A stretch of 64,000 nt of DNA, taken from NCBI GenBank assembly GCA_965140635.1, contig OZ223290.1, positions 431 through 64,430 of the forward strand. The letters run 5' to 3'. Origin of the DNA: an uncultured Bacteroides sp. (GTDB lineage: Bacteria > Bacteroidota > Bacteroidia > Bacteroidales > Bacteroidaceae). The stretch's first letter is position 1. Each line of letters begins with the position of its first letter. This document shows positions 1 through 10,536 of this stretch, in pieces. A program made the translations under genes and the position numbers. Under the pieces are notes generated by a model, which did not search any database, was not told the origin of the DNA, and was given only the letters and a program-made list of their open reading frames with translations.

Positions 1-1
1 A

Positions 2-466
2 TCCCCCGGAATCATCCATCAATTAACAGAACCTAACGGAATTGGTGTTCGTATAGATAGCTATGTATATGAAGGATATGAAATTCCTATTTATTATGAC
101 CCAATGATTGGCAAGTTGATTGTATGGGCCACGAATCGAAGATATGCCATAGAACGCATGAAACGAGTACTCAACGAGTATAAAATAACTGGGATTAAAA
201 CGAACATTAATTATTTAAAATATGTTATTGACACGCCTGACTTTGCCAAAGGAAAATACAATACAGGATTTATTGAAAAGAACGGAGCAGAATTACTTAG
301 AGGTGTAAGTTCATATAGTGAAGAGGAAGAAAATATCTCTATGATTGCCGCTTACATTGATTATCTAATGAATCTCGAGGAAAATCGCCCTCAAATAAAC
401 GCAGACGCTCGACCTTTAAGTCGCTGGAAAGCTTTTGGTATGCATAAAGGAGTATTAAGAATTTAA
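2..466 (+). CDS. accC: Biotin carboxylase subunit of acyl-CoA carboxylase, C-terminal part (gene starts before the window)
   Basis: Frame open from base 2: SPGIIHQLTEPNGIGVRIDSYVYEGYEIPIYYDPMIGKLIVWA...GIKTNI, the biotin carboxylase C-domain signature. Confidence 0.9.
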   Translation, partial: SPGIIHQLTEPNGIGVRIDSYVYEGYEIPIYYDPMIGKLIVWATNRRYAIERMKRVLNEYKITGIKTNINYLKYVIDTPDFAKGKYNTGFIEKNGAELLRGVSSYSEEEENISMIAAYIDYLMNLEENRPQINADARPLSRWKAFGMHKGVLRI

Positions 467-476
467 ATGAGAGAGA

Positions 477-989
477 ATGGAAATACATATAGGAAACAGG
501 GTTGCTGAAATGCAGCTTGTTAGCAAAGAGGAAAACAAGGTTGTTCTCAATATTGACGGAAAGGAATTTGTAGTAGATGTAGTCATGGCCGAAAATGGGG
601 CTTACTCTATTCTTCATAACGGACAATCATATAATGCTCAAATCATCCGGCAAGATAACGGCAAAAAATATCAAGTCAATACTTACTCTTCCTCTTTCAA
701 TGTAGAAATCATAGACACTCAAGCCAAATATCTGCAAATGAGAAAGAAGGCACTAGATGCACCAGAAGACAAAATAGCTTCTCCAATGTCTGGAAAAGTA
801 ATCAGTATACCCGTAAAAGAGGGTGAAGAGGTTAAAGCTGACGATATTCTTATTGTTGTAGAGGCTATGAAAATGCAGAATAACTATAAGGCTTCTTCAA
901 ATGGCAAAGTAAAAGAGATATTAGTTAAAGAAGGAGATACCATAGACGGAGGTCAAGTTCTGATTACATTGGATTTAAAAAAAGATTAA
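477..989 (+). CDS. Biotin carboxyl carrier protein
   Basis: C-terminal biotinyl domain with EAMKM biotinylation motif and SPMSG. Confidence 0.93.
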   Translation: MEIHIGNRVAEMQLVSKEENKVVLNIDGKEFVVDVVMAENGAYSILHNGQSYNAQIIRQDNGKKYQVNTYSSSFNVEIIDTQAKYLQMRKKALDAPEDKIASPMSGKVISIPVKEGEEVKADDILIVVEAMKMQNNYKASSNGKVKEILVKEGDTIDGGQVLITLDLKKD

Positions 990-990
990 T

Positions 991-2523
991 ATGAACAAAA
1001 AAGAAATATACGATAATTTTGCTAAGCTAAACAAAGAGGCTGAATTAGGGGGAGGGATAGCAAAAATAGAGAAACAACACTCCAGTGGAAAAATGACTGC
1101 TCGTGAACGTATCGCTACCCTGTTTGATAAAGATTCTTTCGTAGAATTGGACAAATTGATGACACACCACTGTACCAACTTTGGCATGGAAAAGCATAAA
1201 ATCGCAGGAGATGCCATGGTAAGCGGATACGGAAAAATTAACAGCCGACTGGTATTTGCATACGCTTATGATTTTACCGCATACGGTGGTTCATTGGGAT
1301 CAACAGCAGCCAAGAAAATCGTTAAAGTACAAAAACTAGCACTAAAGAATGGAGCGCCGATTATTGCCCTAAATGATTCAGGAGGGGCCCGAATACAGGA
1401 AGGTATAGAAAGCTTAAATGGCTATGCTGAAATTTTTCATCAAAACATCATGGCAAGTGGGGTAATTCCTCAAATTTCAGCAATACTTGGACCTTGTGCA
1501 GGAGGAGCTTGTTACTCTCCTGCTCTTACTGATTTTATTTTCATGGTAAAAGAGAAAAGTCACATGTTTATTACTGGTCCTGATGTGGTTAAAGCAGTAA
1601 CACATGAAGAGATTGATAAAGAAAAACTAGGAGGGGCATCAACGCATAGTACTCAAAGTGGGGTAACACATTTTATATGCGATACAGAAGAAGAACTGCT
1701 CATGTCTATTAGAGAGCTAATAAGTTTTCTACCAGCCAACAACATGGAAGACCCAACTCCTAAATATTCTAACGATGATATTCGCAGAGAAGATGATGAA
1801 TTAGAAAACATCATACCAGAAAACCCAGATCAACCCTATGACATAAAAAATATTATAGAAACGGTAGTAGACGAACGGTATTTCTTTGAGGTTATGCCTG
1901 AATTTGCTAAAAACATAGTTATCGGGTTCGCCAGATTAGGAGGACGTTCAGTCGGTATTGTAGCAAATCAGCCTAATTATTTTGCTGGAGTACTTGATAT
2001 AAATGCTTCTGACAAGGCTGCACGTTTTATTCGCTTTTGTGATTGCTTCAATATCCCCATAATCACTTTTGAAGACGTACCGGGTTTTCTGCCAGGGTAT
2101 TCACAAGAGAGTAATGGCATTATCAGGCATGGAGCTAAGATAGTATATGCTTATGCAGAGGCAACAGTTCCTAAAATTACAGTCATCACACGTAAGGCTT
2201 ATGGGGGAGCTTACATTGTAATGAATAGCAAACTAATTGGTTCAGATGTAAACTTTGCCTATCCGACAGCAGAAATTGCAGTGATGGGCGCTGAAGGGGC
2301 TATAAACATCTTATACCGCAACGCAGATGAAGAAACAAAGGAACAAGAATTAGATACTTATCGTAAAAAATTTGCAACTCCATACCAGGCAGCTGAATTG
2401 GGAAGTATTGATGAAATAATACAGCCCAAACAAACTAGGTTGCGCTTAATACAAGCATTAGAAATGACCGAGAACAAAGTGCAAACTAATCCGCATAAAA
2501 AACATGGAAACATGCCTTTGTAA
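991..2523 (+). CDS. pccB: Acyl-CoA (propionyl/methylmalonyl-CoA) carboxylase carboxyltransferase beta subunit
   Basis: GKMTARERI, DSGGARIQEG, GPCAGG, DVPGFLPG, KAYGGAY and C-terminal KKHGNMPL. Confidence 0.93.
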   Translation: MNKKEIYDNFAKLNKEAELGGGIAKIEKQHSSGKMTARERIATLFDKDSFVELDKLMTHHCTNFGMEKHKIAGDAMVSGYGKINSRLVFAYAYDFTAYGGSLGSTAAKKIVKVQKLALKNGAPIIALNDSGGARIQEGIESLNGYAEIFHQNIMASGVIPQISAILGPCAGGACYSPALTDFIFMVKEKSHMFITGPDVVKAVTHEEIDKEKLGGASTHSTQSGVTHFICDTEEELLMSIRELISFLPANNMEDPTPKYSNDDIRREDDELENIIPENPDQPYDIKNIIETVVDERYFFEVMPEFAKNIVIGFARLGGRSVGIVANQPNYFAGVLDINASDKAARFIRFCDCFNIPIITFEDVPGFLPGYSQESNGIIRHGAKIVYAYAEATVPKITVITRKAYGGAYIVMNSKLIGSDVNFAYPTAEIAVMGAEGAINILYRNADEETKEQELDTYRKKFATPYQAAELGSIDEIIQPKQTRLRLIQALEMTENKVQTNPHKKHGNMPL

Positions 2524-2532
2524 TAAATAATA

Positions 2533-3882
2533 TTAGCGCACTGCTTTAAACGTCCTAAACTGCTTCCATAACATAAAGCCTGAAACAAGACTTGCAGCAA
2601 AGTCGGCTATGGGCATACTAACCCAAACGCCAAAAGTGCCCCAAAAAGAAGGAAGAATAAGCAGACAAGGTATCAGAAAAAGAACTTGGCGGGTGAGAGA
2701 AAGAAAAATAGCCTTACCCGCCATTCCTATACTCTGAAAGAAATTTGACGCCACCATTTGAAAACCGACAATAGGAGCAAATATTACGATTATACGAAAT
2801 CCTTCAGAAGATAAACGAATAAGTTCTTTATCAGGAGTAAAAATAGAAGTAAGTAATTCCGGAATAAACATCCCTGCTAAAAAGCCAGTGGTCATAACAA
2901 TTGTTGCTCCATAAATCGTCAATTTTAAAACACGAGTTACTCGTGCATATAATTGAGCACCAAAATTATAGCCGGCAATAGGCTGCATCCCCTGATTTAG
3001 TCCCATAACAATCATGGCAAAAAGGAAAATTAGTCGGTTTACTATTCCAAAGGCACCAATAGCTAAATCACCACCATATTTTTTTAAGCCCTGATTCATC
3101 AATATCACAACAAAACAAGATGCTAAGTTCATTAAAAATGGGGACATCCCAATTGCCAATGAATTATAAACGATCTTTTTCTTTAAATAAAAAATTCCTC
3201 GATGAAAGTGTAGCAATTCATTTTTATTAGCAAAGAGCTTAAACTGCCATATCAAAGCAATAGTCTGTGCCAAAATTGTTGCAATGGCAGCACCTTGAAT
3301 ACCCCAGCCAAATCCAAAAATAAACAAAAGATCAAGTATGGTATTAATAAGGACTGTAGCAATTGTAGCATACATTGATTTCTGGGGGTGTCCTGCGGAA
3401 CGCAGTATTGCATTCAAACCTAAATAAAGATGCGTAATGACATTGCCTAATAAAATAACCTGCATGTAATCTCGAGCATAAACAATAGTCTTATCACTTG
3501 CTCCAAAAAAATAAAGAATAGGATCTAAAAAGAATAGAACAATAAAAGTAAATGAAAGACCTATTATAATATTAAGTACAACAACGTTGCCTAGAACCCT
3601 TTGGGCTGTGTCATAATCTTTTTGCCCCAACCTTACAGAAACAAGAGTTGCAGCACCTACCCCAACCAAAGAGCCAAAAGCAGCTGCCAAATTCATCAAA
3701 GGAAACGTAAGAGCTAAACCTGAAATGGCCATTGATCCGACCCCTTGCCCAATAAAGATGCTATCAACCATATTATACAAAGAGGATGCAGTCATAGCAA
3801 TAATAGCAGGAATAGCGTATTGCATCAAAAGTTTTCCGATTTTTTGAGTACCTAGTTCAGTTGGCGTTTTTTGAAGTGTCAT
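2533..3882 (-). CDS. MATE family efflux transporter
   Basis: LYNMVDSIFIGQG, NIILD-like LNTILDLLFI, GAAIATILAQ, QPIAGYNFGA; about 12 hydrophobic segments. Confidence 0.93.
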   Translation of the reverse strand: MTLQKTPTELGTQKIGKLLMQYAIPAIIAMTASSLYNMVDSIFIGQGVGSMAISGLALTFPLMNLAAAFGSLVGVGAATLVSVRLGQKDYDTAQRVLGNVVVLNIIIGLSFTFIVLFFLDPILYFFGASDKTIVYARDYMQVILLGNVITHLYLGLNAILRSAGHPQKSMYATIATVLINTILDLLFIFGFGWGIQGAAIATILAQTIALIWQFKLFANKNELLHFHRGIFYLKKKIVYNSLAIGMSPFLMNLASCFVVILMNQGLKKYGGDLAIGAFGIVNRLIFLFAMIVMGLNQGMQPIAGYNFGAQLYARVTRVLKLTIYGATIVMTTGFLAGMFIPELLTSIFTPDKELIRLSSEGFRIIVIFAPIVGFQMVASNFFQSIGMAGKAIFLSLTRQVLFLIPCLLILPSFWGTFGVWVSMPIADFAASLVSGFMLWKQFRTFKAVR

Positions 3883-4054
3883 ATATCACTTTTTTTTATA
3901 TTGCAAATGTACGCATTTATCCCTCGCTTATAAACCATAAGCTTTAAAAGAAAACATTCTTTCACAGTATCAAAGATGGTTATTCTAAATGACGGAAGCT
4001 TCCTTCTTTCATTAATTAGCTTAGAAATAGTAGCATAATATAAGAAATGTTTCG

Positions 4055-4062
4055 TATTTTTG
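4055..4062 (+). promoter_or_regulatory. Bacteroidetes sigma70 -7 element (TAnnTTTG) upstream of lysS
   Basis: TATTTTTG about 30 nt before the lysS ATG. Confidence 0.55.
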
Positions 4063-4090
4063 CCTCCGAAATTGAGTTAATACGTAACAA

Positions 4091-5827
4091 ATGAATATAT
4101 TAGAATTAAGTGAACAGGAGATTATTCGACGCAATAGTTTGAAGGAACTCCGGACAATGGGTATTGAACCATACCCTGCAGCTGAGTATGTAACAAATGC
4201 TTTTTCAACTGATATAAAAAATGAATTTAAAGAAGTTGAAGATGGAACTCCACGCCAAGTTTCAGTGGCAGGACGTATGATGAGCCGCCGTGTAATGGGC
4301 AAAGCTTCTTTTATTGAATTACAAGACTCCAAGGGACGTATTCAAGTATATATAACTAGAGATGATATCTGCCCGGGAGAAAAGAAGGATTTGTATACAA
4401 CTGTATTCAAACGTTTACTCGATTTAGGAGACTTTATCGGCATAGAAGGCTTTGTTTTCAAAACACAAATGGGAGAAATAAGTATTCATGCCCAGAAGCT
4501 TACAATACTAGGTAAATCGATTAAGCCTTTACCCATAGTAAAATATAAAGACGGTACTGTTTTCGATTCATTTGAAGATCCCGAAATGCGCTATCGCCAA
4601 CGCTATGTTGATTTAGTTGTTAACGATGGAATAAAAGATATTTTCATCAAACGAAATAAAGTATATACTTCCATGAGGGAGTTCTTTAATGCTCGTGAAT
4701 ATATGGAGGTGGAAACTCCCATATTGCAGGCAATACCAGGAGGAGCTGCCGCTAGACCTTTTATTACTCACCACAACGCTTTAGATATTCCTTTATACCT
4801 ACGTATTGCCAATGAATTGTATCTAAAAAGACTTATTGTTGGAGGTTTTGAAGGTGTATATGAATTTTCTAAGAATTTCCGAAATGAAGGAATGGATCGT
4901 ACGCATAATCCTGAGTTTACTTGTATGGAAATATACGTATCCTACAAGGATTATAACTGGATGATGAATTTCACAGAAGAAATGCTTGAAAAAATATGCA
5001 CTGATGTAAACGGCACTACCGAAGTAAAAGTAGGCGATAATATTATCAATTTCAAAGCTCCTTTCAAACGAGTTACTATGCTTGACTCCATCAAAGAATT
5101 CACAGGTTACGATTTATCGGAAAAAAATGAAGATGAGATTCGTGAAGTGTGCAAAGCATTAAAGATGGATATAGATGACACAATGGGTAAAGGAAAACTT
5201 ATTGATGAGATCTTTGGAGAATTCTGTGAAGGTAAATATATACAACCGACATTTATTACTGACTATCCAGTAGAGATGTCTCCACTAACTAAAAAGCATC
5301 GCACTAACCCCAACCTAACAGAACGTTTTGAACTAATGGTAAACGGGAAAGAGTTGTGTAATGCCTATTCAGAGCTAAACGATCCAATTGACCAATTGGA
5401 GCGCTTTCAAGATCAACTTCGTTTAAGCGAAAAAGGAGATGATGAAGCGATGTTCATTGATATGGATTTTGTCCGTGCTTTAGAGTATGGTATGCCACCA
5501 ACTTCAGGTATGGGAATTGGCATGGATCGTCTCGTTATGCTCATAACCGGACAAACGACAATACAAGAAGTGTTATTTTTCCCTCAAATGCGCCCTGAAA
5601 AGACAATCAAAAAAGATAGCATAGACAAATATACTGTCCTTGGCATTTCTGAAGATTGGGTACCTGTTATTCAAAAAGCTGGATATTACTTGGCAGAAGA
5701 TATGAAAGATATTAATCCGCAAAAACTGCATCAAGATATTTGTGGAATAAATAAAAAATATAAATTAGAATTAGCCAATCCATCGGTAAACGATGTGACC
5801 GAGTGGATTAAAAGACTTAATTCGTAA
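4091..5827 (+). CDS. lysS: Lysine--tRNA ligase (class II) with Bacteroidetes C-terminal extension
   Basis: OB fold, RYRQRYVDL, NFRNEG, HNPEFT, YGMPPTSGMGIGMDRL. Confidence 0.98.
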   Translation: MNILELSEQEIIRRNSLKELRTMGIEPYPAAEYVTNAFSTDIKNEFKEVEDGTPRQVSVAGRMMSRRVMGKASFIELQDSKGRIQVYITRDDICPGEKKDLYTTVFKRLLDLGDFIGIEGFVFKTQMGEISIHAQKLTILGKSIKPLPIVKYKDGTVFDSFEDPEMRYRQRYVDLVVNDGIKDIFIKRNKVYTSMREFFNAREYMEVETPILQAIPGGAAARPFITHHNALDIPLYLRIANELYLKRLIVGGFEGVYEFSKNFRNEGMDRTHNPEFTCMEIYVSYKDYNWMMNFTEEMLEKICTDVNGTTEVKVGDNIINFKAPFKRVTMLDSIKEFTGYDLSEKNEDEIREVCKALKMDIDDTMGKGKLIDEIFGEFCEGKYIQPTFITDYPVEMSPLTKKHRTNPNLTERFELMVNGKELCNAYSELNDPIDQLERFQDQLRLSEKGDDEAMFIDMDFVRALEYGMPPTSGMGIGMDRLVMLITGQTTIQEVLFFPQMRPEKTIKKDSIDKYTVLGISEDWVPVIQKAGYYLAEDMKDINPQKLHQDICGINKKYKLELANPSVNDVTEWIKRLNS

Positions 5828-5832
5828 ATCTG

Positions 5833-6828
5833 ATGAAATTACCCGGTAGGATAGCTATAATGGGAGGAGGTAGTTGGGCAACTGCCATTGCAAAAATGGT
5901 GTTAGCTCAAGAAGAATCAATTAGTTGGTACATGCGCCGTGAAGACCGTATTGCTGACTTTAAAAGGCTAGGCCATAACCCTGCCTACTTGACTGGTGTC
6001 AAGTTTGATACAAAAAGGATTCACTTTAATTCCAATATAAACGATATTGTAAAAGACTCGGATACTCTTGTTTTCGTAACCCCTTCACCCTACTTAAAAG
6101 CCCATCTAAAGAAGCTTAAAACCCGTATAAAAGAGAAATTCATCATTACAGCCATAAAAGGAATTGTACCAGATGACAACTTAATCGTATCAGATTACTT
6201 CACTAAGGAATATGGAGTTCCACCAGAGAACATAGCAGTATTAGGAGGTCCTTGTCATGCCGAAGAGGTTGCACTAGAACGCTTATCATATCTCACAATT
6301 GCTTGTCCCGATAAAGATAAAGCACGTGTATTCGCTCGTAAATTAGGGAGCACTTATATAAAAACTTCAGTCAGTGATGATGTCATTGGCATTGAATACA
6401 GTTCTGTGTTAAAGAATGTATATGCAATTGCTGCTGGCATTTGTAGCGGACTGAAATACGGAGATAACTTTCAAGCTGTACTCATGTCAAATGCTGTGCA
6501 AGAAATGAATCGTTTTCTAAATACTGTTTATCCATTGAACAGAAACGTAGATGATTCTGTTTATTTGGGAGATTTATTAGTGACAAGTTACTCTAATTTT
6601 AGTCGGAATAGAACGTTCGGTACAATGGTAGGAAAAGGTTATTCCGTAAAAAGCGCACAGATCGAAATGGAAATGATCGCCGAAGGATATTACGGAACCA
6701 AGTGTATCAAGGAGATAAACAAACATCATCATGTAAACATGCCCATTCTTGACGCTGTATATAATATCTTATACGAACGTATCTCTCCTATGATAGAGAT
6801 TAAATTGCTCACTGATTCATTTAGGTAA
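5833..6828 (+). CDS. gpsA: NAD(P)H-dependent glycerol-3-phosphate dehydrogenase
   Basis: GGGSWATA Rossmann motif, GPCHAEEV, LKNVYAIAAG, GDLLVT, SRNRTFG. Confidence 0.96.
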   Translation: MKLPGRIAIMGGGSWATAIAKMVLAQEESISWYMRREDRIADFKRLGHNPAYLTGVKFDTKRIHFNSNINDIVKDSDTLVFVTPSPYLKAHLKKLKTRIKEKFIITAIKGIVPDDNLIVSDYFTKEYGVPPENIAVLGGPCHAEEVALERLSYLTIACPDKDKARVFARKLGSTYIKTSVSDDVIGIEYSSVLKNVYAIAAGICSGLKYGDNFQAVLMSNAVQEMNRFLNTVYPLNRNVDDSVYLGDLLVTSYSNFSRNRTFGTMVGKGYSVKSAQIEMEMIAEGYYGTKCIKEINKHHHVNMPILDAVYNILYERISPMIEIKLLTDSFR

Positions 6829-6855
6829 GTACTAACACCTTTAAACAATATAAAT

Positions 6856-8193
6856 ATGATTAATTTGAATATTGAAAAAACCTTTGGATTCATCTCCAAA
6901 GAGAAGGTTTTTTCCTACGAAACCGCAATTAAAGATGCACAAAAGGCATTAGAGAACGGAACTGGGCAAGGAAACGATTTTTTAGGTTGGCTACACTTGC
7001 CTTCTTCTATTAGCAAGGAACACTTAGCCGATATAAAAGCGACAGCTAAAGTACTTCGAGATAATTGTGACGTTATTGTTGTTGCCGGAATTGGAGGAAG
7101 CTATTTAGGCGCTCGCGCAGTCATTGAAGCATTATCAAACAGCTTTACATGGCTACAGGAAAAGAAAACAAATCCAATTATTATTTATGCTGGACATAAC
7201 ATAGGAGAAGATTATTTATATGAATTAATAGAACTCCTAAAAGATAAAAAATTCGGAGTTATTAATATATCTAAATCAGGAACAACGACAGAAACTGCCC
7301 TGGCATTCCGCCTTCTAAAAAAACAATGTGAGGAACAGCGTGGAAAAGATCTTGCCAAAAAAGTAATTGTTGCTATCACAGATGCAAAAAAAGGAGCTGC
7401 TCGTGTTACTGCAGACAAGGAAGGATATAAATCTTTTATTATCCCCGATAACGTTGGAGGACGTTTCTCTGTGCTCACACCAGTAGGTCTACTTCCTATT
7501 GCTGTCGCTGGATTTGACATAGAGAAATTAGTAGCTGGTGCTTGCAATATGGAGAATGCATGTGCTTTAAATATTCCTTTTGCGGAAAACCCTGCTGCTG
7601 TTTATGCCGCAACACGTAACGAATTATACAAAAGTGGCAAGAAAATTGAAATTCTTGTAAATTTCAGCCCAAAATTACATTATGTAAGTGAATGGTGGAA
7701 ACAACTTTATGGAGAGTCTGAAGGAAAAGAGAATAAAGGTATATTTCCTGCTGCCGTTGACTTTTCTACTGACTTGCACTCTATGGGGCAATGGATTCAA
7801 GAAGGTGAACGTAGCATTTATGAGACAGTCATTTCTGTAGAGAAACCAAATCATGCACTACATGTTCCTACAGATGAAGCCAACCTTGATGGGTTAAACT
7901 ATCTTGCTGGTAAACATGTTGATGAAGTAAACAAAATGGCCGAACTTGGAACTCAATTGGCTCATGTAGATGGAGGTGTTCCTAACATCCGCATTGTTAT
8001 TCCTGAATTAAACGAATATAGCATCGGAGAACTACTTTATTTCTTCGAGAAAGCCTGTGGTATAAGTGGCTACATTCTTGGAGTAAACCCATTTAATCAA
8101 CCCGGGGTTGAAGCTTATAAGAAAAACATGTTTGCTCTATTAAACAAGCCAGGCTACGAAGAAGAATCTAAAGCTATTCAAGCTAAATTATAA
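6856..8193 (+). CDS. pgi: Glucose-6-phosphate isomerase
   Basis: [47 protein letters not shown]. Confidence 0.98.
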   Translation: MINLNIEKTFGFISKEKVFSYETAIKDAQKALENGTGQGNDFLGWLHLPSSISKEHLADIKATAKVLRDNCDVIVVAGIGGSYLGARAVIEALSNSFTWLQEKKTNPIIIYAGHNIGEDYLYELIELLKDKKFGVINISKSGTTTETALAFRLLKKQCEEQRGKDLAKKVIVAITDAKKGAARVTADKEGYKSFIIPDNVGGRFSVLTPVGLLPIAVAGFDIEKLVAGACNMENACALNIPFAENPAAVYAATRNELYKSGKKIEILVNFSPKLHYVSEWWKQLYGESEGKENKGIFPAAVDFSTDLHSMGQWIQEGERSIYETVISVEKPNHALHVPTDEANLDGLNYLAGKHVDEVNKMAELGTQLAHVDGGVPNIRIVIPELNEYSIGELLYFFEKACGISGYILGVNPFNQPGVEAYKKNMFALLNKPGYEEESKAIQAKL

Positions 8194-8215
8194 GATAGCA
8201 GATTGTAGCATCTAT

Positions 8216-8269
8216 TGTCTTAAAATATAAAAAGCGGAAAATATTTTCCGCTTTTTATATTTTAAGACA
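8216..8269. terminator. Perfect 54-bp palindrome after pgi (intrinsic terminator)
   Basis: TGTCTTAAAATATAAAAAGCGGAAAAT followed directly by its reverse complement ATTTTCCGCTTTTTATATTTTAAGACA. Confidence 0.8.
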
Positions 8270-8381
8270 GGCATTCTTTCTATCATCACTTATAAATTAA
8301 AACAGTTCATTTACTGAGCCAAGCATTAAATAGAGAAGAACAATTCAATCTAGCAATTATTAGTATCTTTACCACAACAAA

Positions 8382-9137
8382 ATGAATAAACTTATGTTTA
8401 ACAAAGCAATTAACCAATACCTCAATAAACATCATTATAAAAGCATATCTCTACAATCAGTCCTTTTTGACATGGACGGAGTACTTTTTAACTCTATGCC
8501 TTATCACGCAGATGCTTGGTATAAAGCAATGAATACTAGAGGACTCAACATGACTAAAGAAGAAGCCTATTTGCATGAAGGACGAACTGGCTCAGGAACA
8601 ATCAACATCGTATACCAACGTCAATGGAACCGACAAGCGACTAAAGAAGAAATAGAAGCTATATATAATGAAAAAACAATCGAATTCAATAAACATCCCT
8701 TAGCTAAAGCCATGCCCGGAGCATGGGAAATTCTCTGCAAAGTCAAAAAAGCAAATATGACTCCCACAGTAGTAACAGGATCAGGGCAGAGTTCCTTGCT
8801 TAATCGATTAGAGGAAAATTTTCCTGGAATGTTTCGTCCTGAACTTATGGTCACCGCATTCGATGTAAAATTTGGAAAACCTCACCCAGAGCCTTACTTA
8901 ATGGCTTTGGAAAAAGGGAAGTTACAAAAAAATGAAGCTATTGTTATAGAAAATGCTCCACTTGGAGTAGAAGCAGGAGTGGCGGCAGGGATTTTTACTA
9001 TAGCAGTTAATACGGGGCCACTTGACCCTCAAGTTTTATTAAATTCAGGAGCAAATTTATTATTTCCATCTATCCAAGATCTTTGCAACGCATGGGATGA
9101 ACTAATAACTGCTTTCAAAGCAACCCCCAAAATATAA
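8382..9137 (+). CDS. HAD-superfamily phosphatase (beta-phosphoglucomutase-like)
   Basis: FDMDGVL motif I, VTGS motif II, GKPHPEPY, IENAPLG. Confidence 0.9.
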   Translation: MNKLMFNKAINQYLNKHHYKSISLQSVLFDMDGVLFNSMPYHADAWYKAMNTRGLNMTKEEAYLHEGRTGSGTINIVYQRQWNRQATKEEIEAIYNEKTIEFNKHPLAKAMPGAWEILCKVKKANMTPTVVTGSGQSSLLNRLEENFPGMFRPELMVTAFDVKFGKPHPEPYLMALEKGKLQKNEAIVIENAPLGVEAGVAAGIFTIAVNTGPLDPQVLLNSGANLLFPSIQDLCNAWDELITAFKATPKI

Positions 9138-9154
9138 AATTATTATAAAAATAA

Positions 9155-9188
9155 AAGAGATAACCTGTGAATAACAAAGTTATCTCTT
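9155..9188. terminator. Inverted repeat between convergent HAD gene and tRNA-Arg
   Basis: AAGAGATAAC...GTTATCTCTT. Confidence 0.55.
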
Positions 9189-9212
9189 CATACCTAAGTA
9201 AATTAAAGATTG

Positions 9213-9285
9213 TGACCTGGGTGGGAGTCAAACCCACGACCTTCAGAACCGGAATCTGACGCTCTATTCACTAAGCTACCAAGCC
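9213..9285 (-). tRNA. tRNA-Arg(CCG), CCA not encoded
   Basis: Cloverleaf: acceptor GGCTTGG/CCAGGTC, anticodon arm TCAGA-TTCCGGT-TCTGA, T arm GTGGG-TTTGACT-CCCAC; TAATTTTG -7 element at 9296-9303 on the minus strand. Confidence 0.93.
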
Positions 9286-9497
9286 AATTCGCATACAAAA
9301 TTAAGAAAAAACAGCGCATCTTCCTAATAATTGCAACTTTTTATGTACTATTCTCTTTTAGATACAAACAGATAATATTATTCTGATACAACAACAAGTA
9401 AATATTAAACAAATAGTCAACAAAAAAGAGTAAAAACAAAGCATCTATAAATATTCTTTTTATCTTTGTCCATAACCAACATATAAATATACCGCTT

Positions 9498-10535
9498 ATG
9501 AGTTACTTGATAAAACCCCAAAATTACAAACCTCTGTTGGACTTAAAACAAACAGAATTAGGCATTAAGCAGATCAAGGAATTCTTCCAAATGAATTTAT
9601 CATCAGAACTACGTCTAAGACGAGTCACAGCTCCTCTTTTTGTTTTAAAAGGAATGGGGATCAATGATGATTTAAATGGTACAGAACGCCCTGTTTCGTT
9701 TCCAATCAAAGATTTGAATGATGCACAAGCTGAAGTAGTCCACTCATTAGCCAAATGGAAAAGACTAACATTAGCTGACTATCATATAGAACCTGGTTAT
9801 GGTATCTACACAGATATGAATGCAATTCGTTCTGATGAAGAACTAGGTAATCTTCATTCACTCTACGTAGATCAATGGGACTGGGAAAGAGTAATCACAG
9901 CGGATGACCGAAATGTAGATTTCTTAAAAGAAATTGTTAATAGAATTTATGCTGCAATGATTCGCACAGAGTATATGGTATATGAAATGTACCCACAAAT
10001 AAAACCATGTCTCCCCAAACAACTACATTTCATTCATGCAGAAGAATTAAGAATACTGTATCCTAACCTGACTCCCAAAGAAAGAGAAAATGAAATTACT
10101 AAAAAATATGCAGCTGTATTTGTTATAGGTATAGGAGGAAAATTAGGAGATAACAAAAAACATGACGGGCGGGCTCCAGATTATGACGACTACACATCCA
10201 AAGGGCTCAACGATTTACCAGGATTAAACGGAGATCTTTTATTATGGAATGAAGTTTTACAACGTTCCATAGAACTCTCTTCTATGGGTATACGTGTAGA
10301 TAAAGCAGCTTTGCAAAAACAATTAAAAGAAGAAGGAGAAGAAAAAAGACTAGAACTCTATTTCCACAAAAGACTTATGAATGACACCCTTCCACTCTCT
10401 ATAGGAGGTGGAATCGGTCAATCACGACTTTGCATGTACTATTTACGTAAAGCTCATATAGGAGAGATACAAGCTAGCATTTGGCCTGAGACGATGAGAG
10501 AAGAATGCAAACAACTTAATATGCCTCTAATTTAA
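9498..10535 (+). CDS. asnA: Aspartate--ammonia ligase
   Basis: NDDLNGTERPV, VHSLAKWKR, YVDQWDWERV, HDGRAPDYDD, SIGGGIGQSRL. Confidence 0.97.
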   Translation: MSYLIKPQNYKPLLDLKQTELGIKQIKEFFQMNLSSELRLRRVTAPLFVLKGMGINDDLNGTERPVSFPIKDLNDAQAEVVHSLAKWKRLTLADYHIEPGYGIYTDMNAIRSDEELGNLHSLYVDQWDWERVITADDRNVDFLKEIVNRIYAAMIRTEYMVYEMYPQIKPCLPKQLHFIHAEELRILYPNLTPKERENEITKKYAAVFVIGIGGKLGDNKKHDGRAPDYDDYTSKGLNDLPGLNGDLLLWNEVLQRSIELSSMGIRVDKAALQKQLKEEGEEKRLELYFHKRLMNDTLPLSIGGGIGQSRLCMYYLRKAHIGEIQASIWPETMREECKQLNMPLI

Positions 10536-10536
10536 A

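Noticed and set aside
5590-5827. C-terminal extension of LysRS
   Set aside because: It appears to be the usual Bacteroidetes LysRS appendage, not something specific to this genome.
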